Source of the DNA: Prorocentrum cordatum
Lineage: Eukaryota
Direction: 5' to 3'
Length of the DNA: 64,000 nucleotides
Assembly (NCBI GenBank): GCA_963575745.1
Contig: CAUYUJ010000148.1
Location: forward strand, 372,001 to 436,000
The notes beneath the pieces are model-generated. The model saw only the letters and a list, made by a program, of their open reading frames with translations, did not search any database and was not told the DNA's origin. The position numbers and the translations under genes were made by a program. Positions 36,476 to 48,800 of the stretch are shown one piece after another. Within the stretch, counting starts at the first letter, position 1, and every line of letters begins with the position of its first letter.

Positions 36476-39355
36476 GGAGAAGAGTCGGGAGATAAGACGA
36501 AGCCAGGACGAGGATAGCATTGGGTGAGGATAGATCGAAGATCTCTGAGATCTCGCGGCTCTGGAGGATGTCTTGGGCGCCGTGGCCTTCTCAGAGCCTT
36601 TCGGAACGTTTGAAGAGCGATCCGGAAAGCTCTGGCACGGATTTGTCCTCGTCCTAGCCCCGTACGAGGAGAGCCCAGAATCGAATCGATGAAGCAGATC
36701 GGCGATCGGCATGAATCGGATCGGCGGGAATCGGCAGCCACGTCAGGAGTCGAGTCGGAACACATCGGCAGGCTTGCAAAGCCTCCATTGATAAACCAAA
36801 ATCGAAATCGTGATCCGAAATCGAATCGGAATCGGAATCGATCGAAGTCGAATCGAGTCGGGGAAGCCGAAGTGAGCCCTGAAGAGTTAACGAAATTCGG
36901 AGAAGGGCAAGGCGAGACGACGGCAGCTCGAAGTCGGCCACCGGACCCCGCTGCAGTTCTCGATTCGTTATCCAGCCATGGCCCTCCCGGGGTCCAAACG
37001 CACCAATTCTCCGAGCTGCGTCCAGCCGTGGCGACGAGAAGCCCCCCAAAGGCCAACTACCGCTGCCTCAACTCGTCCTCCTCTGAGGGCTAGACCGACC
37101 CCCACCGCCCGTGACGCTGCCCCGGGGCAGAACTCGGCTCTCTGGCCATTCGGGTCGATCCGGGCACCCCTGGCACGCTCTCGGCGAGGCGCAGCTGCCG
37201 GAAGGCACCCCGAGGCTGGGAAACCGACGAGAACCCATGAAAACGCCCAACGACCTCAGACCTCGAATGCGGGCAAGATGTGTATCCATATCCAGTGCGC
37301 CTTGGAGTTTCGGGCTCCCTTCCTCAGAAGCAGAGGCGCAGTGGATGCGGATGAAAGCCTGGCCCCTGGAGGCTGGGACTCTTACCTGCATCCACTGCGC
37401 CACGCCTTGTCGGCGCCCCTTCCCATCAACTCCAACACGCAGTGAGAGTATGGCTACAAATCGGTCCCGCATCGAAGGCCCTGTCTGGTCCCTCGGGCCT
37501 CGGGGGATGCTGCGGCCACGACGGAGGCGCTCCACAAGGCGCCCGGCATCACGTCGGCGCCTGCCCGCCCGGCGGAGGCAGCCCGCTCGCTGGGCGGGAT
37601 CGGGAAGTGGTCCGTCACAGACGCCTCGCGGCTGGAGGCGGGGAAGGGGGGGGGGGGCAGGAGGACGAAAGAAGCAGGCGAGGGGGGAGGGGGAGGCACC
37701 AGCAGCCCCCACTGCACACCTGAGTTCCCCGTCCTCCCTCCCTCCGCCCTCCTTCCCACCTCCGCTCATCCTCTTCCTTCTTCTCCCCCACCCTCGCGGG
37801 CATGAGACAAACACCCAACCACTCCAAGTTCACCATAACTTACCGACCGCCGTGGCCGTTTCTACTCCGCTGGGAGCCGGCGGAATGGCGTAAGCCAATG
37901 GAAGCCGCCCGCCCACCGGTCTCGAAGGCGTGTGAGAATGAAGTGTGAGAGCTCCTTACAGAGCTTGAAGCCCCCCGCCGTTTCTCCCCCCCCCCCAGGC
38001 CTTTGCCATTCCGCCGCTGGGCTGCACATCCCTCTCGGGCCCCAGCGCGGCTACAAGACGGGGTCCAAGCCGAGCTCGAATGTCATTCCGTTCCCAGCAC
38101 GCTCTCGGGGCGCATGTTGGCTCCATTGACGCCCCTTTGGGGCCCCTTCTTGGCTTTCAGAATTCGCTGCTGGAACCGGGCAAGATCGCCTCTTGGTCCG
38201 AACTTCGCCTACAAAGTGGAAGCTCCAAACATACAGCACATACTATATGTGTTTGATGGTGTCAGCCTCGCCGGGGGGTGCCTGACAGCTACCTGCCTGG
38301 CTCGTCTGGGGTACTGTTCAACATGTGAGTTCCGACTACGTTTCTGGGCGCGTTCCAAGGTCAATCTTGGACGATTCTGGGCCCAACTTGGACCCCCAAC
38401 GAAGCCTAAACTGGCCCTGAATCAGCCCCATGTTTGATGACATTCGGACGGCGTTGCGGCCCAACGCGGAGGTGCTGTCGCGTGGGTCGTGCAGAGGCTC
38501 CCTTGGGCCGCCTCGGACCCTTCTTGGTCCCCTTTTGGGACCGTCTCGTGGCCCTCTTTGGCCCTTGTATGCACTTCTTGGGCTGTTTTCGAGCCGTCTT
38601 TGGTTGGTATCGAGCAATGTTCTGGCTATCAATGGCTTTCCGTGAATAGGGAGCAAGGGTCAAGAGAGCCAGCGTCCATACCACTGATCCGTTGGTAATC
38701 GCACCGGCCGACAACTAATCGACACGTTCAACATCGCTCAGCCGCACGGCACACCTGAGCCCAACAGGCGATGGGATGGAGGATAAATGGAACGCAGGAG
38801 AAAATACAAAACACACCTGTGGGGGGAATCTGCGCCATGCCCGGAATGTTGTAACCTCGTCTTGGCGGCGTCTGCGTCCCTTCTGACAAAAACTGGAATG
38901 GGCGGGCGGTGAACGCGAAGCGTCTTGCCTAAAAAGCATGCGGGAGGGCAGGGGGGAAGAGGACCAGGAGGGGGCGGAGGAGTGGTGAGGCCTCGGGCTG
39001 CGCACAGACGGCCACCCCAGCCCCGGCTGGCCTCCACAGGCCCCCCGCGTAGTCCCAGCCGTCCTCCACAGGCTCCCTGGGCAGTCCAGGGCGGTCTCAA
39101 CACCGCAACCCTGGGGCGTGAAGCGCCCAAGGAGCGCCGCTGGAGGCGGCGCCAGGGTGTCGAGACCACCCCGAACTACGCGGGGGGCCTGATGAGGCCA
39201 GCTGGGACTACTCAGGGGGCCCGTTGAGGCCAGACGGAACTACCTGGGCAGGCTGTCTGCTCGCATCCCGAAGCTTGGCGGAGACCAGCTAAGTGCGCTC
39301 GCGCCATGTCTGGCAACCTATCCCTCCCATTCCTTCCCCTTGCGTTGATGTTTTG

Positions 39356-40014
39356 CCCAACCATCCTGTGGTGTTGGGTTCCCGGTTTGAGGAGACAGCC
39401 CCCCGAAGCCTCCTTCCTCCCGCTGCCCTCCTCGCTCCTCCCGCTACTTGCGTCTTGCCTCCGCATCAGTCTACCAATCCGGTACACCCGCACACGCTTC
39501 GTGGCCCCACATGGAGCGCCACCGACGGCCTCCGTGGCTGCTCTCGCATGCGGTTCCCCCACCCAGTACAGCGATACGTGGCCCCATGGCGAGCTCCACC
39601 GAAGGCCCCACACATGCGGTTCGTATGCGCACCCCCCACCCAGGACAGCGTTCCATGGCAACATAGGGAGCTCCACCGAAGGCCCCAGTGGCGCAGGTCG
39701 CATGCGTCCCCCCCCCATACCCAGTACAGCGCTTCGTGGCCCCAAAGGGAGCTCCACCGAAGGCCTCAGTGGCGCAGTTCGCATGCGTCTCCCCACCCAG
39801 TACAGCGTTTCGTGGCTCCCTGGGGAGCTCCACCGAAGGCCCTAGTGGTTCAAGTCGCACACGTTCTTACCACCCAATACAACGCTTCGTGGCCCAATAG
39901 GGATCTCCTCCGAAGCCCCTCCTGGCGCAATTCGCATGCGTCCCCCCCACCCAGTACAGCGTTTCATGGCCCCGTAGGGGGGCTCCACCGAAGGCCCCGA
40001 TGGCGCACACACAC

Positions 40015-40048
<34 letters not shown>

Positions 40049-40051
40049 CAC

Positions 40052-40088
<37 letters not shown>

Positions 40089-40097
40089 GGCACGCAG

Positions 40098-40136
<39 letters not shown>

Positions 40137-40597
40137 CATACAAACACAAACACAAACACACACACACACACACTCACATCTCACACTCACACACACACAC
40201 TCACAACTCAAACTCACACTCACACAATACAGCGATTCGTGGCCTCATGGGGAGCTCCACCGAAGGCTCAAGTGGCGCAGTTCGTTCGCGCGCAGCGCTT
40301 CGTGGCCCAATGGGAAGCTCCACCGAAGGCCCCACACACGCGGTTTGCATGCGCCCCTGTCCCACCGAGACCATCAATGGCAACGGCCACGTGCGTCCCC
40401 TCCACGCATGCGCCCCCCCAGCCCGGTACAGCGCTTCGTGGCCTCATAGGGAGCTCCACCGAAGACCCCAATGGCCGCGGGCGCATGCGTCTCCCCCGCT
40501 CATTACGGCACACCCCTTACAGCGCTTCGTGGCCCCATAGGGAGCTCCACCGAACGCGGTACCCACAACGCTGCATTCACAACTTCAAATGGTTGGG
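39356..40597 (+). mobile_element. Hairpin-headed satellite-carrying element, copy 1 (~78-bp units)
   Basis: Head CCCAACCATCCTGTGGTGTTGGG, internal GAGCTCCACCGAAGGCC units, tail GCGGTACCCACAAC..TTCAAATGGTTGGGTCC. Confidence 0.7.
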
Positions 40598-40875
40598 TCC
40601 GCTGACACGTGTCATCACGGACCTGCAACTCCAAAAAAGATGCAACATCGGAACTTGGGGAGCTGAGGAGAATTACCCTGTGACGTACCCAACCCGTTCT
40701 ATACATATGGCGATTCTACTCAGGACCACTCAATGCTGACTGGCATTATGAAGGACCCGCAGTGCGCAAGAAGAGCACCCAGCAGTGATTTCAGAAGAGC
40801 GCAGCAAGAAGAGGAACGGCACATGTACAACATGGAACGCGTTGAAAGAAACGCACCCAAAAAAGTGAGCACAAA

Positions 40876-43590
40876 AGGGCCTCCCACGAGCCAACGAAAG
40901 TGGCGACGGTTGCGCAGATCGCAAGCCCCCCAGGGGGCGGCGAGGTCCCGAGGTGGTCCGCGTCGCACGTACCTCTGCCGGGCCTCCCAGGAGCCAACGA
41001 AATTGGCGACACTTGCGCAGATCGCAAAACCCCCAGGGGCGGCGAGGCCTCGAGGTGATCCGCGTGGGACACACCTCCGCTGGGACTCCCAGGAGCCCAC
41101 GAAAGTGGCGGCAGTTGCGCAGATCGCAAGCCCCCCAGAGGGCGGCGAGGTCCCGAGGTGATCCGCGTGGGACCCACCTCCGCTGGGCCACCCAGGAGCC
41201 CACGAAAGTGGCGACGGTTGCGCAGATCGCAAGCCCCCCAGGGCACCGCGAGGTCCCGAGGTGATCCACGTGGGACGTACCCCCGCTGGGCCTCCCAGGA
41301 GCCCACGACAGTGGCGACAGTTGCGCAGCTCGCAAGCCCCCAAGGGGGCGGCGAGCTACCGAGGTGATCCGCGTGGGGCCCACCTCCGCTGGGCCTTCCA
41401 GGAGCCCGCGAAAGTGGGGACAGTTGCGCAGATCGCAGCCCCCCAGGGGGCGGCGAGGTCTCGAGGTGATCCGCGTGGGACCCTGGGCCTCCCAGGAGCC
41501 CACGAAAGTGGCGGCAGTTGCGCAGATCGCAAACCCCCCAGGGCACCGCGAGGTCCCGAGGTGATCCGCGTGGGACGTACCTCCGCGAGGCCTCCCAGGG
41601 GCCCACGAAAGTTGCGACAGTTGCGCAGATCGCAGCCCCAAAGGCGCCGCGAGGTCCCGAGTTGATCCGCGTGGGACGTACCTCCGCTGGGCCTCCCAGG
41701 AGCCCGCGAAAGTGGCGACAGTTGCGCAGATCGCAGCCCCCAGGGGGCGGCGAGATCCCGAGGTGACCCGCGTGGGACCCACCTCCGCTGGGCCTCCCAG
41801 GAGCCCACGAAAATGGCGGCAGTTGCGCAAAATTCGTAGCCCCCAGGGCACCGCGAGGTCCCGAGGTGATCAGCGTGGGACGTACCCCCGCTGGGAGTCC
41901 CAGGAACCCACGAAAGTGGAGACACTTGCGCAAAATTCGCAGCCCCCAGGGCACCGCGAGGTTCCGAGGTGATCAGCGTGGGACGTACCCCCGCCGGGCC
42001 TCCCAGGAGCCCACGAAAATGGCGACGGTTGCGCAGATCGCAGCCCCCAGGGGGCGGCGAGCTACCGAAGTGATCCGCGTGGGACGTACCTCCGCTGGGC
42101 CTCCCAGGAGCCAACGAAAGTGGAGACAATTGCGCAAAATTCGCAACCCCCAGGGCACCGCGAGGTTCCGAGGTGATCAGCGTAGGACGTACCCCCGCTT
42201 GGCCTCCCAGGAGCCCACGAAAATGGTGACACTTGCGCAGATCGCAGCCCCAAATGCACACCGCGAGGTCCCGAGGTGATCCGCTTGGGACCCACCTCCG
42301 CTGGGCCTGCCAGGAGCCCACGAAAGTGGCGACGGTTGCGCAGATCGCAAGCCCCCCAGGGGGCGGCGAGCTTCCGAGGTGATCCGCGTGGGACACACCT
42401 CCGCTGGGCCTGCCAGGAGCCCACGAAAGTGGCGACACTTGCGCAGATCGCAAGCCCCCCAGGGGGCGGCGAACTACCGAGGTGATCCGCGTTGGACCCA
42501 CCTCCGCTGGGCCTCCCAAGAACCCGCGAAACGAGGCGGCGGTTGCGCAGATCGCAAACCCCCCAAGGGGCGGCGAGCTACCGAGGTGATCCGCGTGGGA
42601 CCCACCTCCTCTGGGCCTCCCAGGAACCCACGAAAAGAGGCGGCGGTTGCGTAGATCGCAAACCCCCCAGGGGGCGGCGAGGTCCCGAGGTGATCCGCGT
42701 GGGACCCACCTCCGCTGGGCCTCCCAGGAGCCCACGAAAGTGGCGACGGTTGCGCAGATCGCAAGCCTCCCGCGGGACGGCGAGCCACAAAGGTGATCCG
42801 CGTGGGACCCACCTCCGCTGGGCCCCCCAGGAGCCCACGAAAGTGGCGACACTTGCGCAGATCACAAGCCCCCCAGGGGGCGGCGAGGTACTGAGGTGAT
42901 CCGCGTGGGACACACCTCCGCTGGGCCTCCCAAGAACCCGCGAAACGAGGCGGCGGTTGCGCAGATCGCAAACCCCCCAGGGGGCGGCGAGCTACCGAGG
43001 TGATCCGCGTGGGACCCACCTCCGCTGGGCCTCCCAGGAGCCCGCGGAAATGGCGACGGTTGCGCAGATCGCAAGCCCCCCAAGGGGCGGCGAGCTCCGA
43101 GGTGATCCGCGTGGGACCCGCCTCCGCTGGGCCTCCCAGGAGCCCACGAAGGTGGCGACAGTTGCGCAGATCGCAAGTCCCCCTGGTGGCGGCGGGGTAC
43201 CAAGGTGATCCGCGTGGGACCCACCTCCGCTGGGCCTCCCAGGAACCCGCGAAAGTGGCGACAGTTGCGCAGATCGCAAGCCCCCCAAATGGCGGAGAAG
43301 TGCCGAGGTGATCCGCGTGGGACCCACCTCCGCTGGGCCTCCCAAGAACCCGCGAAAGTGGCGACGGTTGCGCAGATCGCAAGCCCCCCAAATGGCGGCG
43401 AGGTGCCGAGGTGATCCGCGTGGGACCCACCTTCGCCGGGCCTCCCATGAGCCCACGAAAGTGGCGATAGTTGCGCAGATCGCAAGCCCCCCAGGGGGCG
43501 GCGAACTACCGAGGTGATCCGCGTGGGATCCACCTCCGCTGGGCCTCCCAGGAGCCCGCGGAAGTGGCGATGGTTGCGCAGATCGCAAGC
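40876..43590 (+). repeat. ~103-bp tandem satellite, about 26 copies
   Basis: Unit GAGCCCACGAAAGTGGCGACGGTTGCGCAGATCGCAAGCCCCCCAGGGGGCGGCGAGGTCCCGAGGTGATCCGCGTGGGACCCACCTCCGCTGGGCCTCCCAG. Confidence 0.97.
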
Positions 43591-43736
43591 CCGACGCCAC
43601 GAGAGAAGAGGAGAGGGGAATAAGGAAACAGGAGAGGAGGAGGGGAGGAGAGGGGAGGAGGACGGGGCAACCGCACTGCTCTATTCAACACGAGTACCCA
43701 ACCATAATTGGGACAACTAATTCTCCTGGCGAAGGA

Positions 43737-45037
43737 CCCAACCATATGAAGTTGTGGGTACCGCAATTGTAAACATTTTCTTCGGTGAAGCTTCCTATGG
43801 GGCCACGAAACCCTGCGCTGGGCGGGGGGGGGACGCATGCGTGCGGTAGCACTGGGGCCGTCGGTGAAGCTCCCTATGAGGCCACGGAGCGCTGCACTGG
43901 GTGCGTGAAAATACCAAATTAAGCGTGTGGGACGCATGCGGGCGGTCCCATTGGGGGCTTCGGAGGAGCTCCTCATGGAGCCGCGAAGCGTTGTAAAGGA
44001 TGGGCGCAAATGCCAAATTGGGTGTGGGGGACGCATGCGGGCGGCCCCGCTGGGGGCTTCGGTGGGGCTCCCTGTGGGGGACGCATGCGGGCGGTCCCAC
44101 TGGAGGCTTCGGAGGGGCTCCCTATGGGGCCACGAAGCGCTGTACTGGGCGGGTGAAAATGTCAAATTGGGCGTGGTGGACGCATGCGGGCGGTCCCACT
44201 GGGGGTTTCGGTGGGGCTCCCTATGGGGCCACGGAGCGCTGTACTGGGTGGGTGACGATGCCAAGTTGGGTGTGGAGGACGCAGGCGGGTGGTCCCACTG
44301 GGCACGAAGCGCTGTACTGGGTGGGAGAAAATGCCAGATTGGGCGTGGGGGGCGCATGCGGGCGGTCCACATGGGGGCTTCGGTGGGGCTCCCTGAAGGG
44401 CCACGAAACGCTATGCTGGGTCGGTGACACTGCCAAGTTGGGTGTGGGGGACGCACGCGGGCGGTCCCACTGGGGGCTTCGGTGGAGCTCCCTATGGGAC
44501 CACGAAACGCTGTGCTGGGTGGGTGACAATGCCAAGTTGGGTGCGGGGGACGCATGCGGGCGGTCCCACTGGGGGCTTCGGTGGGGCTCCCTATTGGGGC
44601 ACGAAAGCCTATACTGGGGGGAGCGAAAATACCAAATTGGATGTGGGGCACGCATGTGGGCGGTACCACTGGGGGCTTCGGTGGAGCTCCCTATGGGGTC
44701 ACGAAGCGCTGTGCTGGGTGGGTGAAGAAGGCCAAATTGGGCGTGGGGGACGCATGCGGGCGGTCCCACTGGGGGCTTCGGTGGGGCTCCCTATGGGGCC
44801 ACGAAACGCTGTACTGGGTGGGTGAAAATGCCAAATTGGGTGTGGGGGGACGCATGCGGGCGGTCCCATTGGGGCCTTCGGTGGAGCTCCCTATGGGGCC
44901 ACGAAAAACGTGAGGGGTGTGCCAAATTGGGTGTGGGGGACGCATGCGGGCGGTGGAGAAGAGGAGGGGGAGGAGAGGGAGAGGAACGCGGGGACCGTCT
45001 CTTCAAAACGATGACCCAACACCACAGGATGGTTGGG
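43737..45037 (-). mobile_element. Hairpin-headed satellite-carrying element, copy 2 (~99-bp units), inverted
   Basis: Same head (45015-45037) and tail (43734-43763) as copy 1, in reverse complement. Confidence 0.7.
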
Positions 45038-45679
45038 AAAAAAGATGTAAGCTGAGGGGGAGGAGGAGGAGGAAGAGGAGGAGGAGGAGGAGGAGGAGGA
45101 GGAGGAGGAGGAGGAGGAGGAAGAGGAGAAGAAAAAGGAGGACGAGGATGAACAGCGGCAGCGGGAACTGGATTGGAAGGAGAGGGAAGAGCAGGAGGAC
45201 CAGGGGAAGGCGGAGGAGGGCAAAGGAGGGGTGCGACAACAATGAGGAAGGACTCGGAACAAGAAAAGTGGGTCGCGCATGTGTAGGCGAGAACTCTGAA
45301 CGACGGGAGCAAAGCGCCGATCCGAAAATGTGGCCCAGGCTGCAGCGGGAACACCGCTGTGAAACATGGAAACAATCGGATTGACAACATGATTTTCGTG
45401 ACATAAAAAAGATACGTGTGTCCAATCCTGTGGAACAGAAAGAAACGGCGAGGGCGGAGCATCTTCCAGACAGAGTCAAGGGAGAGATGAGAGGGGTATT
45501 CAGAATGCAGTGTACAGGGTAGAGTGGCCCCTCGAAAGCAACGAAAAGCAAGCCATCGGGATGTTTGTTGCGCGGACCTGGGGACCCCCCCGACCCCCTA
45601 ACAACAATCCGAACTCCCACCGCTCCAGCTCGAGGAGGAAGGATGGAGGGAGGAACCAAATGATATCCATGTTGCTCTA

Positions 45680-45800
45680 CTCCCAAGACCTCTCCCAGGG
45701 TGCGCTCTGACCAAGACTTTGAAAGACAGATCCAGCCGCCGTGGTAACGAGGGGTCTCCCAGGAGGCCAAAAAGAACGAAAGCAAGGCGTGGCGCTGGGA
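45680..45800 (+). repeat. Dispersed repeat with GCCGTGG(C/T)(G/A)AC core
   Basis: Relatives at ~36980-37060, 50715-50780, 53970-54090 and 58040-58160. Confidence 0.7.
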
Positions 45801-48800
45801 GGCGGCCAGGGGTCTGAACTGGTTGGGACCCCAGAACATCTGTCAGGAGGGGAGGGGGGTGAGGCCAAATCCATACAAATTGGTTCCCGGACCCCTCCCT
45901 GGGTCCACTGGGGCAGGTTCTCACCCCAGATCCGTCTATGACAGCCCCATGAGAACGGCCAGCGGAGGCCGGGAAGGGCCAAAACCTTCTCGAGCCCAGC
46001 ATCTCGATCCTCGCCCTCTCTGCCTGCTGGCTGGAACCGGTGGTGGGGCCACCTCAAGCCTCGGAGGCGAGGACAGGGGCGGACCGCGCAGGGGGGGAGC
46101 CATGCACGTGTCCCTCAGGGAGCCATGCCGAAGCCATCGACCATCGGCGCCCCTGGATACATGTGTTGCTTCCCCTGAGCCATTTCGGCGGTGGACAAAC
46201 CTCCCTTTAGTAAACCTCCCTTTAGTGAAAACGGCCCGGGACCGAAACCGACGGACCTGGGCCCGCAAAAATGACGGCAGCGACGCCCTCTCGCGAACCG
46301 AAAACAGCCAATTCCTGAATCGACGTGTCAGGGTAGGAGGTCTATCAACCTCCAACCATTCGCCCCTGTCGTGGCCTTCGAAGACCTCCGAGACGACTCC
46401 GATCGGGGACGCACTGGCCCGGGGTAATGCAAACCGAGACCACCCGAGCGTTGCAGGATCCTGCAAAATCCGAACCAAGATCCTGCAGGCTCCTGCGCGC
46501 CAGCCCCTGGCTCTGCAGGATCCGGCAGGAGAGATCCGCCCTGGCTGACCCCCTGTCGGCCTGGAGCCGCCGGGGCCGGTGCAGCCCTGGCTCTGCAGGA
46601 TCCTGCAGGAGAGAGATCCGCCCTGGCTTCGGGACCTCCGTCGGGGTGGACCCCCCGCCCCCTCGAGGAGCCCCCCATCCCAGGAGGGGCGGTCCCCGGC
46701 GCCTCGCGGCCCAGGCCTCCCGCCGCGGAGGGCGAGGCCGAGGCGGAGGGCGTCACGGGCCGCGCGGCGGCGGAGGTGCCGCCGGAGCGGCCCGCCCGGC
46801 GGCGCTCCTCGCCTGGGCGGGGCGGCGGCTCGCTCCGAGGAGGGGACGAGAGAGGCCAGGGCGAGGACAGAATCCGGACAAGGGTTCGCGGAACCAGCCT
46901 CGAGCGCAGGCCCTGTCCCGAGGGTCGACCAGCCAAAAGCCGACGACTATCTCAGGGACGCGCCCTCAAGAACTGAGAAGATCCCCAAGATCGGCATCGA
47001 GAGAAGGCGATGCCAATCATAGGGATAGGGATATGCTTCTCATTGCACTGACCTTGCAGACGTGCTGCAGCGGATTTTCGTGTGGATTGCTGTCAACGCT
47101 GAACCCCGAAACGGCGAGTGAAAAACGACAAGAATCTCGCGTGGATGTTGCTTACTCTTCAGTCCTGGCCGAAAAAACCCGCACGAAATTCACCTCGAAA
47201 TCCGGAACGAAATTCTCCTGGACAATCCCGGTCCATCCCATCGTTTTCCGAGCGAAATCCGCTCTGCGATGTTGGCGCCATGCTGCCCCCGGCTGGCCGG
47301 GAAAGGGGGCGGATCTCCGAGAGCGGGCGGATCTCCGCGCGGTTTCCTTGGATCCGCGCCAGGCCCCCCTCCCTGGCGCGGGCAGCGCGCCAAGGGCGGC
47401 GCCAGAGGCGCCGCCGGGGGGCCCAGGCGCGGATCCAAGAAATCCGCGCGGAGCGCTAAATGTTTGTGTCGGCGTGGCTTTCCGCCTCGATCCCAGGGCC
47501 CTTCCCCTCCGAGCCGCGCCGTCGCGAGGCGAGGGAGGCCCCCGAGGCCCCGGCGCTGCCATGTTCGCACGGGCGTGTCCCGCCCAGCCTCGGGCCCGAG
47601 GGCTCGGGCCCTCGCAGAGCGATGCCGCCCCCAAGAGGAGGGACGCGGGACGGGAGGGCGGGGCGGCGGCGTTCCGAGCCGCGCCCGTCGTGGGGGTCAA
47701 CTCCTCGAAGCCGCCCGTGCCACCTTGCCAGCTCCTGCACGTTGACACTAAGCCGACGCTGCTCGACGCCGGTCAACGCCAACTCGACGCCGCATCGACG
47801 CCGAATCGACGCCACATCGGCGCTCTCTCATCGTCTGCTCGCCGCTGGCGCAGGCAAGCGCGCCCTTGAATTGGAGTTGCGAGGACAGACAACTCAGAAC
47901 TTGGAAGGCAATGCCGACACCTCTCGAGCGGGGCTCGGCCAGCGATGGTGGCCAAGGATGAGCCGAAGAGGAAGGATGCGAAGGTACGACTACCTTGGCA
48001 AGTCGTTCATCCTTACTGTGCGCCCTGACTGCAAGATAATACTGCGAGGACAAGCGAGGTTCCCACTTTGCTTCGGGGCACGCCGTCGCGAGGCGAGGGG
48101 GGTCTCGCCCTTGCCCTCGCCCTCGCGCTCACCTCGCCCTCGCGCTCGCCCTCACCCTCGTCCTCACCCCGCCCGCGTCCTCCCAGTGTGCGCCTCGTTC
48201 TCGACTGGCCTTCCCGCAGGGCCGAGGAACTCGAGAGAACGTGTGCTTCTGTATGTTTGTGCTTGCTGACTGTTGTTGTTTGGGGGGGGGAAGTAGCGCA
48301 ACGTCCGAGGCGCAATGAAGGGCCCCCACTCAAGGAGGGCCGGGCTCGCGAGGAGGACCGGAAGACGCACGACGGAAATCCGTGTGTTGACACACACGGC
48401 ACACATTATACGGATACGAACATACTCCGAGTTTCTTAACAAGCGTCGGGAGGGCGCCACCCCTGCCGACGGCCCCACATCGACCCCCATTGCAGGCAGC
48501 CACCGCGCGCCGAAGGCGCTCCGACCCCCGTCGCGGCGCGACGACGAGGCGAGGTTGACCCCGTCAGGGGGGTACCATCCCACGCTTATTCAGAAACCCA
48601 AAGTCTGTATATACACACGCCAGCTAAAACGTCGCGCGCGTGCGCTTCGCGCGCGCACGTGGTTCCGGCGCAGTCCAGGCCGGCCTCACAGGATCGGATG
48701 GAGATGGGCATCATCCCGCAAGGATCAACATATGGGATCGTGCTAGCTGATGGACGCTGCAGGAGTCTGTGAATGCTGAGTAAGCAAAACCCAACAGATC

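Noticed and set aside
40876..43590. CRISPR-like regular array
   Set aside because: Whole unit repeats with no unique spacers; no cas genes; eukaryotic context
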